This document shows, in pieces, positions 13,627-29,198 of a DNA stretch of 64,000 nucleotides. The notes under the pieces were generated by a model, which had not been told where the DNA came from, ran no database searches, and saw nothing but the letters and a program-made list of their open reading frames with translations. Where the stretch lies: the NCBI RefSeq assembly GCF_000150275.1, contig NW_002060945.1, positions 4,947,397-5,011,396 on the forward strand. Reading direction: 5' to 3'. Each line of letters opens with the position of its first letter. Positions within the stretch are counted from its first letter, which is position 1. The position numbers and the translations under genes were made by a program. This DNA is from Trichoplax adhaerens. Its lineage: Eukaryota > Animalia > Placozoa.

Positions 13627-15479
13627 GACGCTCAATATTTATTATATCACGATATTTTCTTTTATTTCTTATCAACAGACGGGATTGAACAAATTTTCTA
13701 CAAGAAATGGAGAAATTAAAATGCAGAAATCAATCAATTGATGAAATTGGAAGCTTAATTTAGTTCCATACCGATAATCAATTCCTTTTACTAATTTAGA
13801 CTGTAACTGCGGTTATATTTGCACCGATTTTATGCTGCACTATTAGATATTGCTTTCAGTGTTATAAACTATGGCTTTCTAACGCTTAATGAAATGGAAT
13901 ACTTAATTTATAATTATACAAGTATACGTCTATGCAAGGTCTAACCTTGTACAGGGTTTTCGTTGATATAGAAAATAAAGATCTACACTTAGAATCGAAA
14001 TCTGTCCATTAACTTAATTTACTGTCGGAGTGGTTGCTGCGGCTAAGCCTAAAATACCTAACAAAAGGAAGGATAGATGATATTTTACTATAAGAATGCC
14101 GACTAGTATCATTAACTGCAATCTGTTACTATACTTCAGCACCTAAAGTTTCATTTCGCAAGGTACCATTTACGTATATCGGCTTAAAAATTTGTAGTAA
14201 ATATATTTTTTCTTATTCACTTGGATAGAAATATACAGAAGTTAGTTTTAGGGAAGTACTTACTTATTATTTACTTTCAACCTATTTCTAGAAATGAAAG
14301 AATAGGAACGAATATAAAATGACGGTATCGAAGAATTTATGTTGAGTAGGAATGCAATTTAAGACCAAATAGCTGACTAAGAATCAGTACCATGAACTTG
14401 TTAAACCAATGGCCAAGAAAGGCAGGCAATATTACGAATGTTACCTTGCAATACTTTATAGTCTAAAACTAAATCATCGGAAACGAAATAATGTGAGGTG
14501 ATAAAATACCTCACAAATTTTTACTGAATAGTATGCTATCATATTGTATAATACTATCGGTTATTTTGATTATTAATAAGAACATAAATCAAAACAATTA
14601 AAATTTTCATCACGAGAAATTCGTAACCTAAGTATCAATTTGCAAAGAATACTATCTGCCTCTGAGCGAATAGTATACTGTATTTCGACAAATTAAGTAA
14701 TGGATTGGAGAAAAAAACTAACTACTCGTATAACCCTAATTTAAAACCACATAGCCTAAAAGGGATAATTGATCTAAGTACGAGTTATATAAGAATTATC
14801 TACTGTTGCATGGTTCCTTACCGCAGTAAGAATCAGTCCAATCTACCAGATGGCGATCTACCTTATAACAAAATAAAATATCAGGAAATGAAATAATAAT
14901 ATTATAACGATGTAACGCTAGCTGAAATCCATTTTTTAGAATATTGCTGTAGAACATGTAATCTAAATACAATTTGCTCCGCTATTGTCTGTAACTAGGT
15001 GCAGTACAACTGCTAAGACCTATTCATTCGTTAGGGTGCCTATAAATACACAGCATACCATAATTTAATTCATTTTTCTTAACTATCAATTGAGATTACA
15101 TTGCATTATGAGCGGTATAAGTAAAGGATAGCTTAGATAATTTAACCTCACTAATTTAGTTTACTTTTTGCTCTAGCATCCCTAAGCAGTTCGTAAATTT
15201 TAAGATCAATTAGCGAAGTAATTAATTATTACTGCTTTTACTAGATTTATAGAATTGTTGTGATAATTAAATTGGCCTTTTCTTATTAACTGCAATTACC
15301 CTCAAAAATTCTAATACTTTGCTTTAGGCCAGTAATAGTATAGTTTGCAGCATTAATGAAAGAATCTTACTGATATCCTTAGTAATCTTTTCAATGCATA
15401 AGAACGGTCTACTTTAATGAATTATAATTTTTTAATAGTAAAGAGTTTAATGGTGAAAAAAGTACTATTATTTCTCATA

Positions 15480-17190
15480 GTATTATTAAAAATATATTTA
15501 GGCTGTCCAAAATAAATAACAATATAAGAAACGTGGAAAGTAAAAGGAACTAAATGTAAGGTATAATAAACTTACATTAGCTAAAAATAATATCAGGATA
15601 AAGAATAATATTAAAATACATAAGTATAGAAGAAAAATAGGTTAGTTTGCTGTCATCTTAAATTTATATAACTCTCAACCTATTAGAGGGTAACGTAAGA
15701 TCCAATACTTAAAAGTAAATCCATTCTTGTCATATAATTGCACGTTAAGAATAAAGATACTAGAAGAATAAAAAAATATTGTACTTTTACCCTTAAGGGA
15801 TTATTTTGCACAAAGAAATTGAAGATTATTTGGAGAAAGAAATACAGGCCTACTATTTCAGTTCTATTAAGTAAGCAATGTTACATATTGATTATAGTAA
15901 ATTTTGATTAACGTTGCTATTATATTATAAAATTAGTATTATAGATTACTAGTAGTAGTTGTCCCCTTCGCGCCACAACACAATTATATGAAACGACATT
16001 AATTTTTTCTCTTAGGGAATACCGATTTTCCCTACTGTGTATGTTAGTATGTGAAAGATAGTATGCAAGTGTTTTTCATGTTGAGATAAAAAGAGCTTAA
16101 TTGGCGAACTAAATATGAAATCTTTGCTACGAAAATAACTAAATTTACCTAATCACCCATCAGTTTAGATCTGACCTATAGTAATATATACTCATATATA
16201 TAAAAAATTCCAGTTTGGTTTATGTTAACACCTTAGATAAAGTTATCAAGTATCGTATACCAAAAGGTGATTAATCTCAAGAATCAGAATCTATTCGTTA
16301 ACATGATGTAAATTACGTTCTAGATGATACATCTGCAGAAGTTGATATAACTGTTGAACAATCTAAAAAATTTTTAAATTTGCATGTAATAATATCATTA
16401 CCTGATGAAAATGAAACTCGATTATGAAAAACAGCAAAATTTGATAATAAGTTCGGAATTGACCTACAAGAAATAAGAGATTTCGTCTTATTTTATTTTA
16501 CCTAACCTTAATTGTACATATAGAAAAGAAAGAATTTGTATATCAATTATATTGGTGTAGGGCTCAAAAATTCAAAAGTTTAGATGAATAACTTTGTTCC
16601 CAGATACTGCAATGAAGGGTATGTGCGTACGTCATCATAATGAACATCCAAAATGATTCATTTATTGCTCAAGAATATCTAATGAGTGTGTAGGGATATA
16701 TCACGAATTGATTGAATCATTTGGTAAGCTATAGATAAAATAACGGCTTTATATAACTTAAAGAAGGTAAAGTACCGTTAGTATTATGGAATATAAATAT
16801 TTTTCAAGGTAAACCACCGATTAGGATCAGTTTACTTTCAATAGGATACATCAAGAATTATTTTGATTCGTTTAAAATAAAAATTTTTCGACGCTTAAGA
16901 TGAAAATATCCTATAAAAGCAAATGGCTATTACTCTACCAGATGGGTCAAATTTGAAGTTAAATCTGATCTAGAAATAGATAGTGATGGGCATACTGCAA
17001 ATATAAACCTCGTAGGCAAACTTAATCAGATTAGAATAAGCCCATTTTCGAATACATAATGGTAGAATCACAATTAGTTTAGGATGATAACATCAAAATT
17101 GGGTCTTGATAAAGTAATTTTATGCGAAGGAATTGAAAGCTTCTTTCAATTAGTGAAAGATGATTATAAAAGTAATGTTCCATAGCAGGG
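15480..17190 (+). pseudogene. Probable decayed multi-exon gene (family not identified)
   Basis: AG/GT-bounded blocks at ~16237-16480, ~16523-16618, ~16694-16723 and ~16809-17185 translate to protein-like stretches (DVNYVLDDTSAEVDITVEQSKKFLNLHVIISLPDENE; GIYHELIESF; GKPPIRISLLSIGYIKNYF...FEVKSDLEIDSDGHTANINLVGKLNQIRISPF) broken by several in-frame stops. Confidence 0.4.
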
Positions 17191-20100
17191 GGAAGAGAAC
17201 GACATTCACGGCACATGTACTAGTCGAATAAGCTCATTTTAGGGTAGAACAAATCTTTCTTTGACTAAAATAGTATTTTATAATTAGTTTAATGCATTGC
17301 ATGTATGACTTCTTATTTTCAGTATAAGTAGATGTTAATGAAAGAGAAATGGTCTCTAATTTGATCCTAGGTTCATGTTGTCGTAAAGTAGAATCTGTTA
17401 CGGATTACGGAAAGAAAGTTTTTAATAGGCGTAAAAGATTGCAAGTATGAGTAAATGTAAATATACGGAGCATTAAGATGGACTTGCCACGCACTTTAAC
17501 GATATTGAACAGGAATATGGATCAGGATCAGCTTAATTGATGAAAGTATCAGATTCATGAAAATTTTATCACAATTTACCGGTACTCGATTAAAGAAAGA
17601 TGAAAATATGTACTGGTATCCAACAGTAAATAGCTTGAGTTGTATGGAAGTATCGTATAATGATAACCAAAATAAAAGATAAGAGAGTAAAATTAATTGT
17701 AGTCTACTATTTCTACGACCTATTTGCACCTTTCTAATTGTTTGTATTTATAAATTAATCATTCGATCGCGATAAATATAGGATCAATTGCAAATTAAAA
17801 TTATTTTTTAAACGATCTAAGATAACTCGAATAATATTAAAATAATAATATATCAAATGAATGCAAGCATTACCTAATAGAACATGATAACTTGGAGATT
17901 TAGTAATGATAAATGTGATTTCCTTTCCTACGTGAACGCTAGGTAAAACAGAAATTGATAGGATTTCGCTCTTGTAAACTTATATTTGAAGACTGAATAT
18001 TGAACTTGTATTATGATGACAATTTATATTGATATGGAGATTGAATCATCAACTTTAGACGAAATTTTCAGTTATGCTGACAAGCAAGGCGACTTATCAT
18101 TGTTTTATTGTTTATAAATTGCATTTAACTATGTCTCGTCGGACTATTTGAGTAACAAGATCAATCATGGTCATTGTTGTGACAGCCAGGAATATGACCA
18201 AATCAAATTCAATATGATTGATATACAATCAACACAAGGTGTACCATCTTGTCATATCCAATAATGTCAATAATACCAGCTGATGGGGTGGTTTATCAGT
18301 TAACAATAAAATAATGAGAATGCCTTGGCCAAACAGATTGATAATGATATTAAAACTATTTTATTCCATTAAAGTCTTGATTCTTAGAACAAGGCTAATA
18401 TCGTAAAAGTTTCAAATAAAGAACTGTTAAAATTGTTAATATTAATATAGCTGATAGATGAAATGATCTATTTTGATCGATTTCACTAACCACTGCGTGT
18501 AGTAATGCATATTGGGTCGTTATAATTGTAAATTGAATTAATTTTCTTGTTGATGTAGTTTGTAAAAGAGCTATGACTAGACTCAATTAGCAATCAGCTA
18601 TGCTATCATTTTCATACAATCACATCAATATCTTATCTGGATCTTGATGAGCAGCCATCACGATTGTTTTTGAATTTTGCTATCCATACGGTTAATCATG
18701 TTTTTCTTAGACACTTTGGTAAACTTTTGTCGAAGTCATTGTTTCGCATTATTATATACAAAGGCAGGAGATTGAACTACAGATCAATTTTTGATCTTCT
18801 ATAATAGAAAGAGGAAGGGAACAACATTTCCTTTTCCTGTTCTGGTTTGCTTATGTCAGTCTTACTTTTATTATTATCAGTCATTTTTATCCATTTTGTA
18901 ATACCAAAAGAATGTGAGGGAGGGGAAATTTCTATTAAGGTTATTGTTACTAAAATTTCAGTCACATTTTTTAAATTCATGAATAGTATTCTCATCATAG
19001 ATTGGCATATTGACTTTCTCGTTGTCCCATTCGGGATGGTATTCACTAAAGAATAATAGTTTAATGGATTCTCATTATGATAAATAAGCATTTAGTATTC
19101 TTTGAATATTCAATGCTAAATAAAGTCGTACCAACGACAATCCTATCGATTGCACCAAATCATCGAATTCCTACAGTTGAGGTGAACAGTTTTAAATTAT
19201 CAACCCCAATTGTCAGTATTTCTAGATTATTATCTTCAAATAAAATTGACTATACCAGTAAATGTATGATTCATTCACACACATCATACTTTTCGACGGT
19301 TATGGCATACAATGATACAATTGATAGATGAATGTTTACCGTTAATAATAATAATAATTGCTGTAGAATCTAATATATTCCCTTATTTTACGAACAGAAA
19401 AGACAGGGTTACGCTATCAAGACAAACTAGGATGAGTTAGCTTATATTTCCTAAAAATTTCTGTCTATAATGATTTGGATACCTTTAAATATATACGGTA
19501 GATATTCAATAGAAGGCGTATAGAAATATTGACAATATATAATCTATACTAATGTGTGTTGTGAAACAATCTTTTTCTTTATTACCTACTAGTATTGATG
19601 AAATTTGTACCCCTTGTCCTACTCTACATGTAGATATAGTACTTATGAAAAGTTTATAAAATCAAATGGTAATAGGTCGTTAGATCTACTACTATCAATA
19701 CTTATGTGTTATACTCATTAGGCAAAAAAGTAAATAATTTTCTACGCTAATTATTAATTTTGGGTGGCATCAAATGCAGAAGCTTAATAAAATTTGTTCT
19801 TAATAGACGCTATTGCACCCGACAAAATGGTAAAACATTCACGTAGGTTCATTTGCGGGTGTTTTCTTACTGATCACTAAATATTATCATAATACTTTAA
19901 AGAGAGAATGTATTTTGGTTTATAAGATCATTTCACATTACTACGTAATATTTGCCATTCATAAGCTTCTAATGAAAGATAAATATAATTTATTGAGTAA
20001 GGCTGTCATAGAATGATCAGTGTTTTCCCTTATCATTTTTGTTTAGTATAATAGTAACTAAAGAAATAATAACTAAAAGATCAATAATTTACTGAGATAA

Positions 20101-23100
20101 AACTGATAGGCTTGCATATCTATTTTTTATTTGGATACTAGAATCGAAAATGTAATGTTAAAAATAGATTACTTAAGATCAATTTGATGTCGGTTAGTAT
20201 TTTAGCACTGTGTACGGTTAATAATTCCCAATTGGTATAGGAATAAATTAGGCAATTTTTATGATGAAAAATGTTATGTTACAGCTTATGAAATCCGCTA
20301 CAGTAGTTTATAATCTTCGATAGATCGGTTTCCTATATAACAAATCACGTCATTTACAATCTATTAGATATTATTAGCTATAGGCATAATCCTATTTTTA
20401 TTTATATGCATACATTAGGAGACTAAGTCAACTATTTTATATGGCGGAGGTTGCAATAGTATTATTGTGTTACTGAATACTATTTATTTATTACTCCTGC
20501 CCACTAATAATAGCAAGATTCAAGAAATGATTCGAACATAAAAAAATACCTAAATTCTCGATTGGTTGCAGTTTGACTCGTTTTAAAATCATTATTTTTT
20601 TCCATCATTCGAATAAAACCTCTTACGATGTGTTAAATTGATATCCAATATCGAAATTAATAATTAAGGACTTGATAATGCATCAAATCGTATACCTATA
20701 GTTTTAATATAGTAATTAGCTTTTAGGATAATATTATGATATAAATGAAACTCAGTAGGTAAATGATTTTTAAGCATGCTTGTACGAAATCGGTATTACT
20801 AAGTTTCATAGATTGCATATTTATTAGCTATGGCAGCCAGAATTTACCTAATGACTTTAACTTTCAAATAAACCATTTTTATACTGACCTTTTTATGAAA
20901 ACAGAAATGCAGAGAAAATGAGAATATGGTTAAAATTACAATATTAAAGGTAGCAAACAAGATAATGAATTCGTCATATACTAAAGATCGTCAAATTATT
21001 CTGATGTTTCAGAAAATTATGTCAATCAGGAGCTATTTAAAACTGTCAGTAAAATCAGCAAACGAAAGATGATTATACTTTTAATACTTCATTATAAAAA
21101 TGTTTGAAAAGTGGTGTTATTATTCAGTTATCATTTATTTTAAATTCAATTGGCAATCTGGCTAACTAATGTATAATTTAATAAAAGGTTTGGATAAGTG
21201 ACTATAATAAGCAGGGCTAGCATTTATTTCAATATAATGCAGCTGAAGTAACTGTTACAAAAGTCGAGATTAAAAAAAATATTTACCGCCTCATTATTGG
21301 CACACCAACATGGAATCAACCCCTGAAGATTACCTTTTTTTTCGTATTGGTTAAAACACAGTTTGATTAGCAATGAATACCTATCATCCTACGGTAGATG
21401 AAATAAGACTATTGATAACAAGTTTATCTGCAACCTACTTATAATATATGCCAGTTTTTCAAACCGTAACAATCAATTGAGATTGGATATAATGACTCCA
21501 TTAATCTGGCATAAGATTCTGCAGATCAGCGCATTGTAGGTATTCATATAGGAAAGAGCTTGTGTGTAAAGCTAACGTGATTTATAATGTAGTAGAGAGT
21601 GATATGATAGTCAAGATTAAAATCCGATATTACAGAGGGTTACTGCTATACAATTAATAAGTTATCAGCAATAGATATTAAAACTAGGTGTACGCTCGTA
21701 CAAAAATTTAATGGTTCCTAATTATTCTATTGTTTACGAGTACGCGTATATATGGCAGCCTGAAAGATATGAAACATAAAGATAGTAGTTTTACTAGATA
21801 TTACAAAGTAAATTTATGAGGTGTTCATAGCATCAGCGTTCGTTTTTAACGAATCAAATGTATTCCAACCATGAGTGAGAAATTGATTATGGATCCAATT
21901 ATCATTAGTCATTTCGAGTTTGACTTTCCCAAATTAATGTCAACTATTCATTTAATTATGTAGACAATACGTCTGTTACAACAATAGGCCGTTCAATTAA
22001 GGAAAGTAAATTGTCATTGCAGTTATATTCGTCAATATAACAAGATAATAATCATAGCTGTTTAATTAAACATCCCCTATCATAATATTACCTTTATGGT
22101 ATGTGAGACAATATGGTAGTTGAGCATAAATGATAGAAAACAGCAATTTCTGAGAGAGTAGCAAGATCCTACAGTTGTCACTACAGAAATATCTTATACA
22201 CACATACATGATAAAGATCTATCTAGACAAGATTTTATCCAATTGCATAACTTCCATAATATCTATAATATTATGGAGGGGTCTATCATATTAGACTGTA
22301 ACGAACGTAGACTCTATAATTTAAGTGAATACAACGATATTAAGCCATGTAAAGCTAATGAAATACTAGCTATAATTGGGATCATAGAGTAAAACTCCTA
22401 ATTTTTCAGGATTTTTTTATCAAGAGTTGTTTAGTAGCATTATTAGAATCTTATGAAATAATTTAAACATAATCAGAACAAGAATATCTCAGCTTTGATT
22501 GTTGTAGCTTGACAGGATTTATTTTGTTTGACTATTAAGTTAAAGACTAAATAGATCATTTTGTATAGAATATTTGAATTCGTACTTACTACGACAGTGC
22601 TATTACTACTATACATCAAATTGTTAACAAGGACCACATCACTTATAATGCCTCTTAACAATATTCGTGTTCGTATACGCAACCTTTACGTTTCGTTAAT
22701 CAAGTTAAATAGCCAGATTGATATCTGATTTGAATAAAATTCCAATTGAGATTGATAAGATAACATAATTTAAAAAATGCTTAAGAATTTAGATTGAGAA
22801 TATTGTATTACGAAACACTTGTTTTGTAAGCATGCTATCATTACAATTAAAGTGCAGTAATATGAATTATTGAAGAATAATTAAAAGCTTGACTCTATTC
22901 AGCTATTTACGATATTTTCTGGTATAAAACTGTCATCTTTAGCACTAAGAACAAGAGCATGGTCGATTGTTTAGTGCGATACCAGCAGTATCATCACATA
23001 TCTCCATTTTCCAGAAGAAAGTTATCTATGCTTTGATTAGGATTTACTGACATTCGATATTTTCTTTAAGGTATGATGGTACTAGGCATTTTAAAGTATG

Positions 23101-26100
23101 CAGGAGCTAAATTTGAGAAGCACCTCAATCAGTTGTGATATTATTAAGGATCCGACCCTGTGAGTCAAAATAAACATGAATTATCGATGCCAAGAACTAC
23201 GTGCATATCTCTAAAAATGTGGGTTCTTGACGTGAAATGGTGTGTATAATTTAAATCATGAATTTAGGTATTAATTAAAAAGTGCTTTGGATAGGTTCCT
23301 CTTGTAACGTGACTTAATATTGGACTGTAGACTATAAACCATGTTTAGTATGATGTAAGGTATAGTGGCTTTCTATATTTATTATAAGCCTTTTTTAATA
23401 TCTCATAGTCATAGACTGTGACTGAAGGTTCTATGTTAGAATACAGATGACTACATATACAGCAAGACGTTAAATCACTATTGATACTAGAGGTAAAAAT
23501 AGACACGTAACTCATATACTGGTATATGATTACTTCATCGTACTTTGGTAGGTCGAAATAATGTCGACGTAAATACTGTAGCAGTTATCCTACTGGAATA
23601 AAGATAGTCCGCTGTAAAATATTGTTACTAATAATTAATATTCTAAATACGCGTAAAATAAGGTAGAATGTTGCTATGCGGACTGTAACTGCGAAATGTA
23701 CGAATACTACGGAGAAAATATAAGCAGGCAACTCTGGATTAATTTGCTCTGTTTAGAAGTCTTTATAACACCGATAATTGTATTCGGCTAGAGTAGAACC
23801 GTGCATAGATTACATAATTATCTTAGAATAAAGATCTCATAAAGTTCTAATTTTTAACGAAATTTCGTAATTTCGTGATTGGTTATTTCACCCTCCGTAA
23901 CAGACATGAGAGTTACAAGAAATATTGATATCGTAGTGATACACTTTATATCGACTTTGTAGGTACCAGTATAACAAAGTATCGATATTTATGAAAACTA
24001 GTTAACTTTTAATACTGTACAGTTGAAGCTTTTACTTGCAATCATACATGGTTCACCGGCGGAAATTGTGCAATGTAGATTCTACTATAGTGCAATATCG
24101 CCTTAATTTCATAACAAATGTTGAGAGGATTTAATATCAAATTAATAACTTCCTTCAAAGAAATTACACTTAACATCATATAATAGAATTATACTGTACT
24201 ACGACATAGGTTTGGATCAGATTAAAGTAGAAAGTGCGTGGAAATTAGCAATTCCAATAAGTAACGTAACAGAAAAGTATAGTTAGTATACAGTACAATT
24301 AAATAGAGCGTTTAATGTAATAATACTGTAGTTGTACTTCATAGTGGTAGTGATTGGGAGTAGCGATGTTAACTAACAGCCATACTTCGGCTAACACGAA
24401 GTAATAGCACGTATGTTTACACAGCTCAGTTACGGACTACTAGAAATTTCTGGAATTGGATGCGTTCGCGCCTTACACAGTACATTTATAAACAAGGTAG
24501 TCTTTGTGCGTGTTCGCAGTTTCTATACTATACTCGTATGTTCAATCTTTCTAAGCAAAGATAGCCATGAGACCCAGTTACACAGGAAAATTTAATTACA
24601 GTATACGGTACGATATGGTTAGATATCTTATTAATTCGTGTTACTTCACTGTTTTAAGCTGATTAGGGTCTTTTAACTAGGATTAACCTAACGTTCGTTA
24701 TGTTAATCAATTTGTTTGCTAGCTGACATTACTAATATGGGGTACATACAATACATCATGAGTTGACATGCCTATGCAACTATAACGCTACATTGCACTG
24801 GACGATTGCTTACATAACAGTAGATTAACTTACGCGATATATTACGAGCGGGTTTCAGCTAATATTAAATAATTTGCATATGCGTAAATAAAGGTCATCA
24901 TTAATACCATAAATTATATTTATTAGTCATGTTTAAATATTTTCGATTACTTAATGACCCTTGAAAAAATTGAATTAAATAAGGTAGAATTTGTCTATTT
25001 TTTAAATGCTTACAAGAATGCTTTCAAAAAATAATTATGGCAACATTGTTTAGCATACTTAAGACGATGTACGGTATTAAGAGTAAGGTAGCCGTTTTTA
25101 ATGTAGAACATATTTAGTTAAGATTACCGATAACATTTTGGAACTTTCAATATTAAAGGAGGTGGGGTTAAATTAGAATGGATCTTTATCAAAATAAATT
25201 CATACAAGTGAATACTGCATCTTAATTATCAAGTACAGTGTTCCATCATTTTTAAATATAAACGTTATAAATTCATTTCACCATTAACAGTAATTATTAT
25301 TTTAGTCTGTTATATTACTTTACGTGATATATTTTGCTCTCAGTTGAGGCAACAAGTTTTACCATCTAAACCGCATATACTCGTACTTGATCGGCTATGC
25401 TCTTGTATTACTTTTACATGTTCATTTTATTTCGAATTTAATCGTCTGACGATTTAATATTGGATTTCTTGCATCACCTTAATAAATGAATTGCTCTACT
25501 TCAAATAAGATTAAGTTAAATTTATATGAACGTGTTCTATTAACTACACATGATCATATGACCTTTGTTTACGTCTACAAAGTTTATAATTTGGAGGTAG
25601 CATAATTGACTAGCATGTATTCGATCAGCACGTGAGCAGAGACATCTAATCTTTTAATTACTAATGGCGATGTAGTACATTGCTGTCTCATTGTTCACAA
25701 GAGATAGTACAGTGTACGTTATGATTCTAATAAATGATAATTAATCCATTTTGAATGGTCCTCTGTCGCCCATGGTGAACGACTGAAAGGTATGATTGCT
25801 TATTAAAAGCTTACAGAGAACCTGTAGATATTTTATGTAATTAGCAGCGCTATCTATGATATTGCTTTCTTCATTAACAAGCTGCATTAATATAGACGGC
25901 AAATCGCTGAAAATTATATATTTATTTTAACGATCCAATATATTAAAAGAATTTTTAGCTCTACTCCATATTTGCTAACTTTTTGGATGATAATTACCGC
26001 GTATTGAATTTTAAGTGTATCCGAACAATTCAAAGTTCAGCACGAGAAGCAACATAGAAAGGGCTATTTGTTTATTACAAGGACTAGACTATTTGTAAAT

Positions 26101-29100
26101 TAGACTAATTAGTTACAGAATTATTCACCAGACTGATTATTGTATATGGATGTGCAGTTTTATTATTACTGCTGTACCGCTTATTAGTTATCGCAGCTTA
26201 TTTATTGATTAATTTCAATTGACAATATGATGAAAGAAGCGATTGAATTTTATATTGTATTGTTTTATTATTCATTATTCATCTAATGACTTGGAGGAAT
26301 GCAGACTTAATAATCCAGCATGGTAATTTATATTCTTGCCGAGTAAATCATTTATTAGATTTGTGTTGATTTAATAATACCGAAATGTACTTGTAATTTT
26401 CGAATTTAGTCTGAACTGTATTCGATTGCTCACAGTAATTTACATCTATAGATAACATTATTGAATAACTAAGCAGAAAAAAATATAGCGTTGTATGCAT
26501 TTATACGTGGAACGATTAGCTATGCCACTCTCACTTTACTGCAGACTTGCTTGGATAGACATTTTGTGATTCTTCTTATTATTAATGATTCAATGAATCT
26601 CGACTCTTATAGTCAGTGGGAGTTTTACTTGCTACTAGTTAAATAGATTGAAATTTCTTGAATTATTTTATAACCAATTTTATTTACAATCCGTCAACTG
26701 TAGACATAAATATATACGATAACTGTTACCAAACAGAACGAGGCAGGCTGATACATGAGTACACTGCAAAAAAATTCTGAGATCGGAGCGATCTATTATA
26801 GTATTTTAATGGATGTGCACCTTCTTTATCACATTTGCACATATGGTAGCTCATTGTGCGTCTGTAGCTAAGCGCTTACTTCTGCTTACCATTGAGCATT
26901 ATACTGTAGTATTGTACTATCACGCATATACACTATATACTGCAGCGAATATATGTGGAGGATATCAATCAAAGTCGCAAGGACACCCTCCTCCAATATA
27001 CCATTGCCATATCGTATATTTGAGGTGATTGTCAAGAGTTATCGTGTTTTAACATACGTATGGATCACCACATGTAGATATTGTATCAATAAAAAATATC
27101 TAAGTAAAGCATCTAGTGCTTCTTGATACACGCTAGCCCAAAGTGAATTATAACGCAGTCGTGTGAATTAATGCGCGTGTTCATTGTGACATTAAAGATG
27201 AATTAGACTTACAAATTTACAATTCAGCAAGTGTAATAATTCATCAGTATCGCCGCGCAAAGTGCTAACGTGAGCTACTGCTGCTATGTTAGAGAAAACG
27301 TGTAGCAGGTTATTTTAATTTAGTTAATTAAAGATGGTCGTATTGGAAATTCATTTATGTAATTACTGCAATAGTATGTACCAATAACTTTCGCGTACAA
27401 CTCGTAGTTCTGTTGCCAATAATTATATAATAGTACAGTATTACATATTTCCCGTAACATGTCTAAAATGATGCATTACAAATATGGTAGTCTACTCTGT
27501 CTGTATCATTAAGTCACTTTAATTGTACTCGTATGCACGTTGGGCATGATTTCATATTAACCATACAAAATTTAAAGTGACGGGCATTAATTACTGTAAA
27601 CATAATTTACGTAGTGCAGCATAAACAGAAACGCTGTGTTTGAACAAATGCTGCATGAAGTAGAGACATATGAAGCTTCCTATAGCCATCTTTTCTACTT
27701 CCCTATTGTACTACTAAATGACGGCAAGAGAAATTTGTTGTCACGACACATGCATATTATTAGCAAATTAGTGATAGGTTAAATCTAATATAAATAACTC
27801 AGAGTTTATATAGTTCACAGTATTTTACTGTAAAATCTTAACCTTATTAATTTTATATCCAACATATAATGAATTAGATATAGAAAGGTAAGTAGAACAT
27901 AAATATTAATAAGCACATTCTTATTGGAGCAATTTTGTAAAATGATGGTTCGTTCCAAAAGTTATCGTTTAGAAAAGCCATGCCATATCTTGCATCTTTA
28001 AGAAAGCAAAAGCTTATCCGGATATACGAGCATAGTAGATTATTCATTCCCTTGAAGTATTATGTAAATCCGGGATAATTGACAGCAGTTATGATTTGAT
28101 AAAAAATTTTTGAACGATATTATAATCGATGAACTGATTGGAACATCAAAGTATTTAGTTGATACAACACAACACAAACATTACAGAACATACGTTCCGT
28201 ATTGAATGTTATAAATCAATAAACAAAAACGTTAGTTAAGACATTTTAAACGATTATATTATAGCACTGCTAACGTCGATTACAAAAATACTGAAAATTG
28301 GATAACAAAAAATTTGTTGTGTTCATTAACCAGAAACGTTATTGCTGTTTGTCACGGTATTCCATAGAAACAGAATGGCAATAATTGATAATATAATTTA
28401 AATAAGAAGGTAGCTGCTTGGCTTGCTGATAGCTCATAAGCAGCAACGATAATATACAATAAGAAATAATATCATTAATTAAAGCTAAAAATCAATTTGG
28501 TGTATTAGAGTTAATTTGAATAACTGTACAGTGGAATCGTTAAAATATAACTTACAAGTATGCTTCTCTGTACTGTAATGTTTTCAGTAACGTACCTCTA
28601 CAATCTGATGGTCGTTTGAGAAATACATAGTATTTCTCGTTCATAATGAGACTGAATAACATAGTGTTAATGTACAATGCCAAAGCATAGTAATTCAGCA
28701 ACGCTTATTTTGATATCAAACAATAAACGTTAAACGGTATCGATCGGTATCACAATCACCGTTCAGACATGTTCACAAAAACCCTTATGTAAGACCGTCT
28801 ATATAGACATAGTACAATAAATTAAAAGGCAGAAATCTTTATAAGCTATTCTGATTTGTTAGGTCAATAATAAGTATACGTATAATACATGCCAGCCTGT
28901 GTATATACACTATGAGTAGTATTTTTACATCATTGAATATGATATAGTTGGCAAACTACATTGTGAGTAATACCTTTACATTGAGATGGTAATCAAATTC
29001 TGCTAATATTTGTCAAACTGGTAATAATCAAACTTCTATCGACAGTAACGATAATCATTCTAACATTAAAAAATAAATACTGGGGTCATCATCGCCAATT

Positions 29101-29198
29101 TCTTTCAGTTTTGTTATAAAATTAGTATAATATCAGGTAACAATCAATGTGTTCTTTTCTCCACTAGTTCACTTGATAGCAAAAGAGAATTAGAGACA

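Noticed and set aside
14492-14515. 8-bp inverted repeat tgtgaggt...acctcaca upstream of FoxB, and similar short AT-rich hairpins near 3825 and 22253
   Set aside because: Short inverted repeats of this size are expected by chance in 64 kb of AT-rich DNA.
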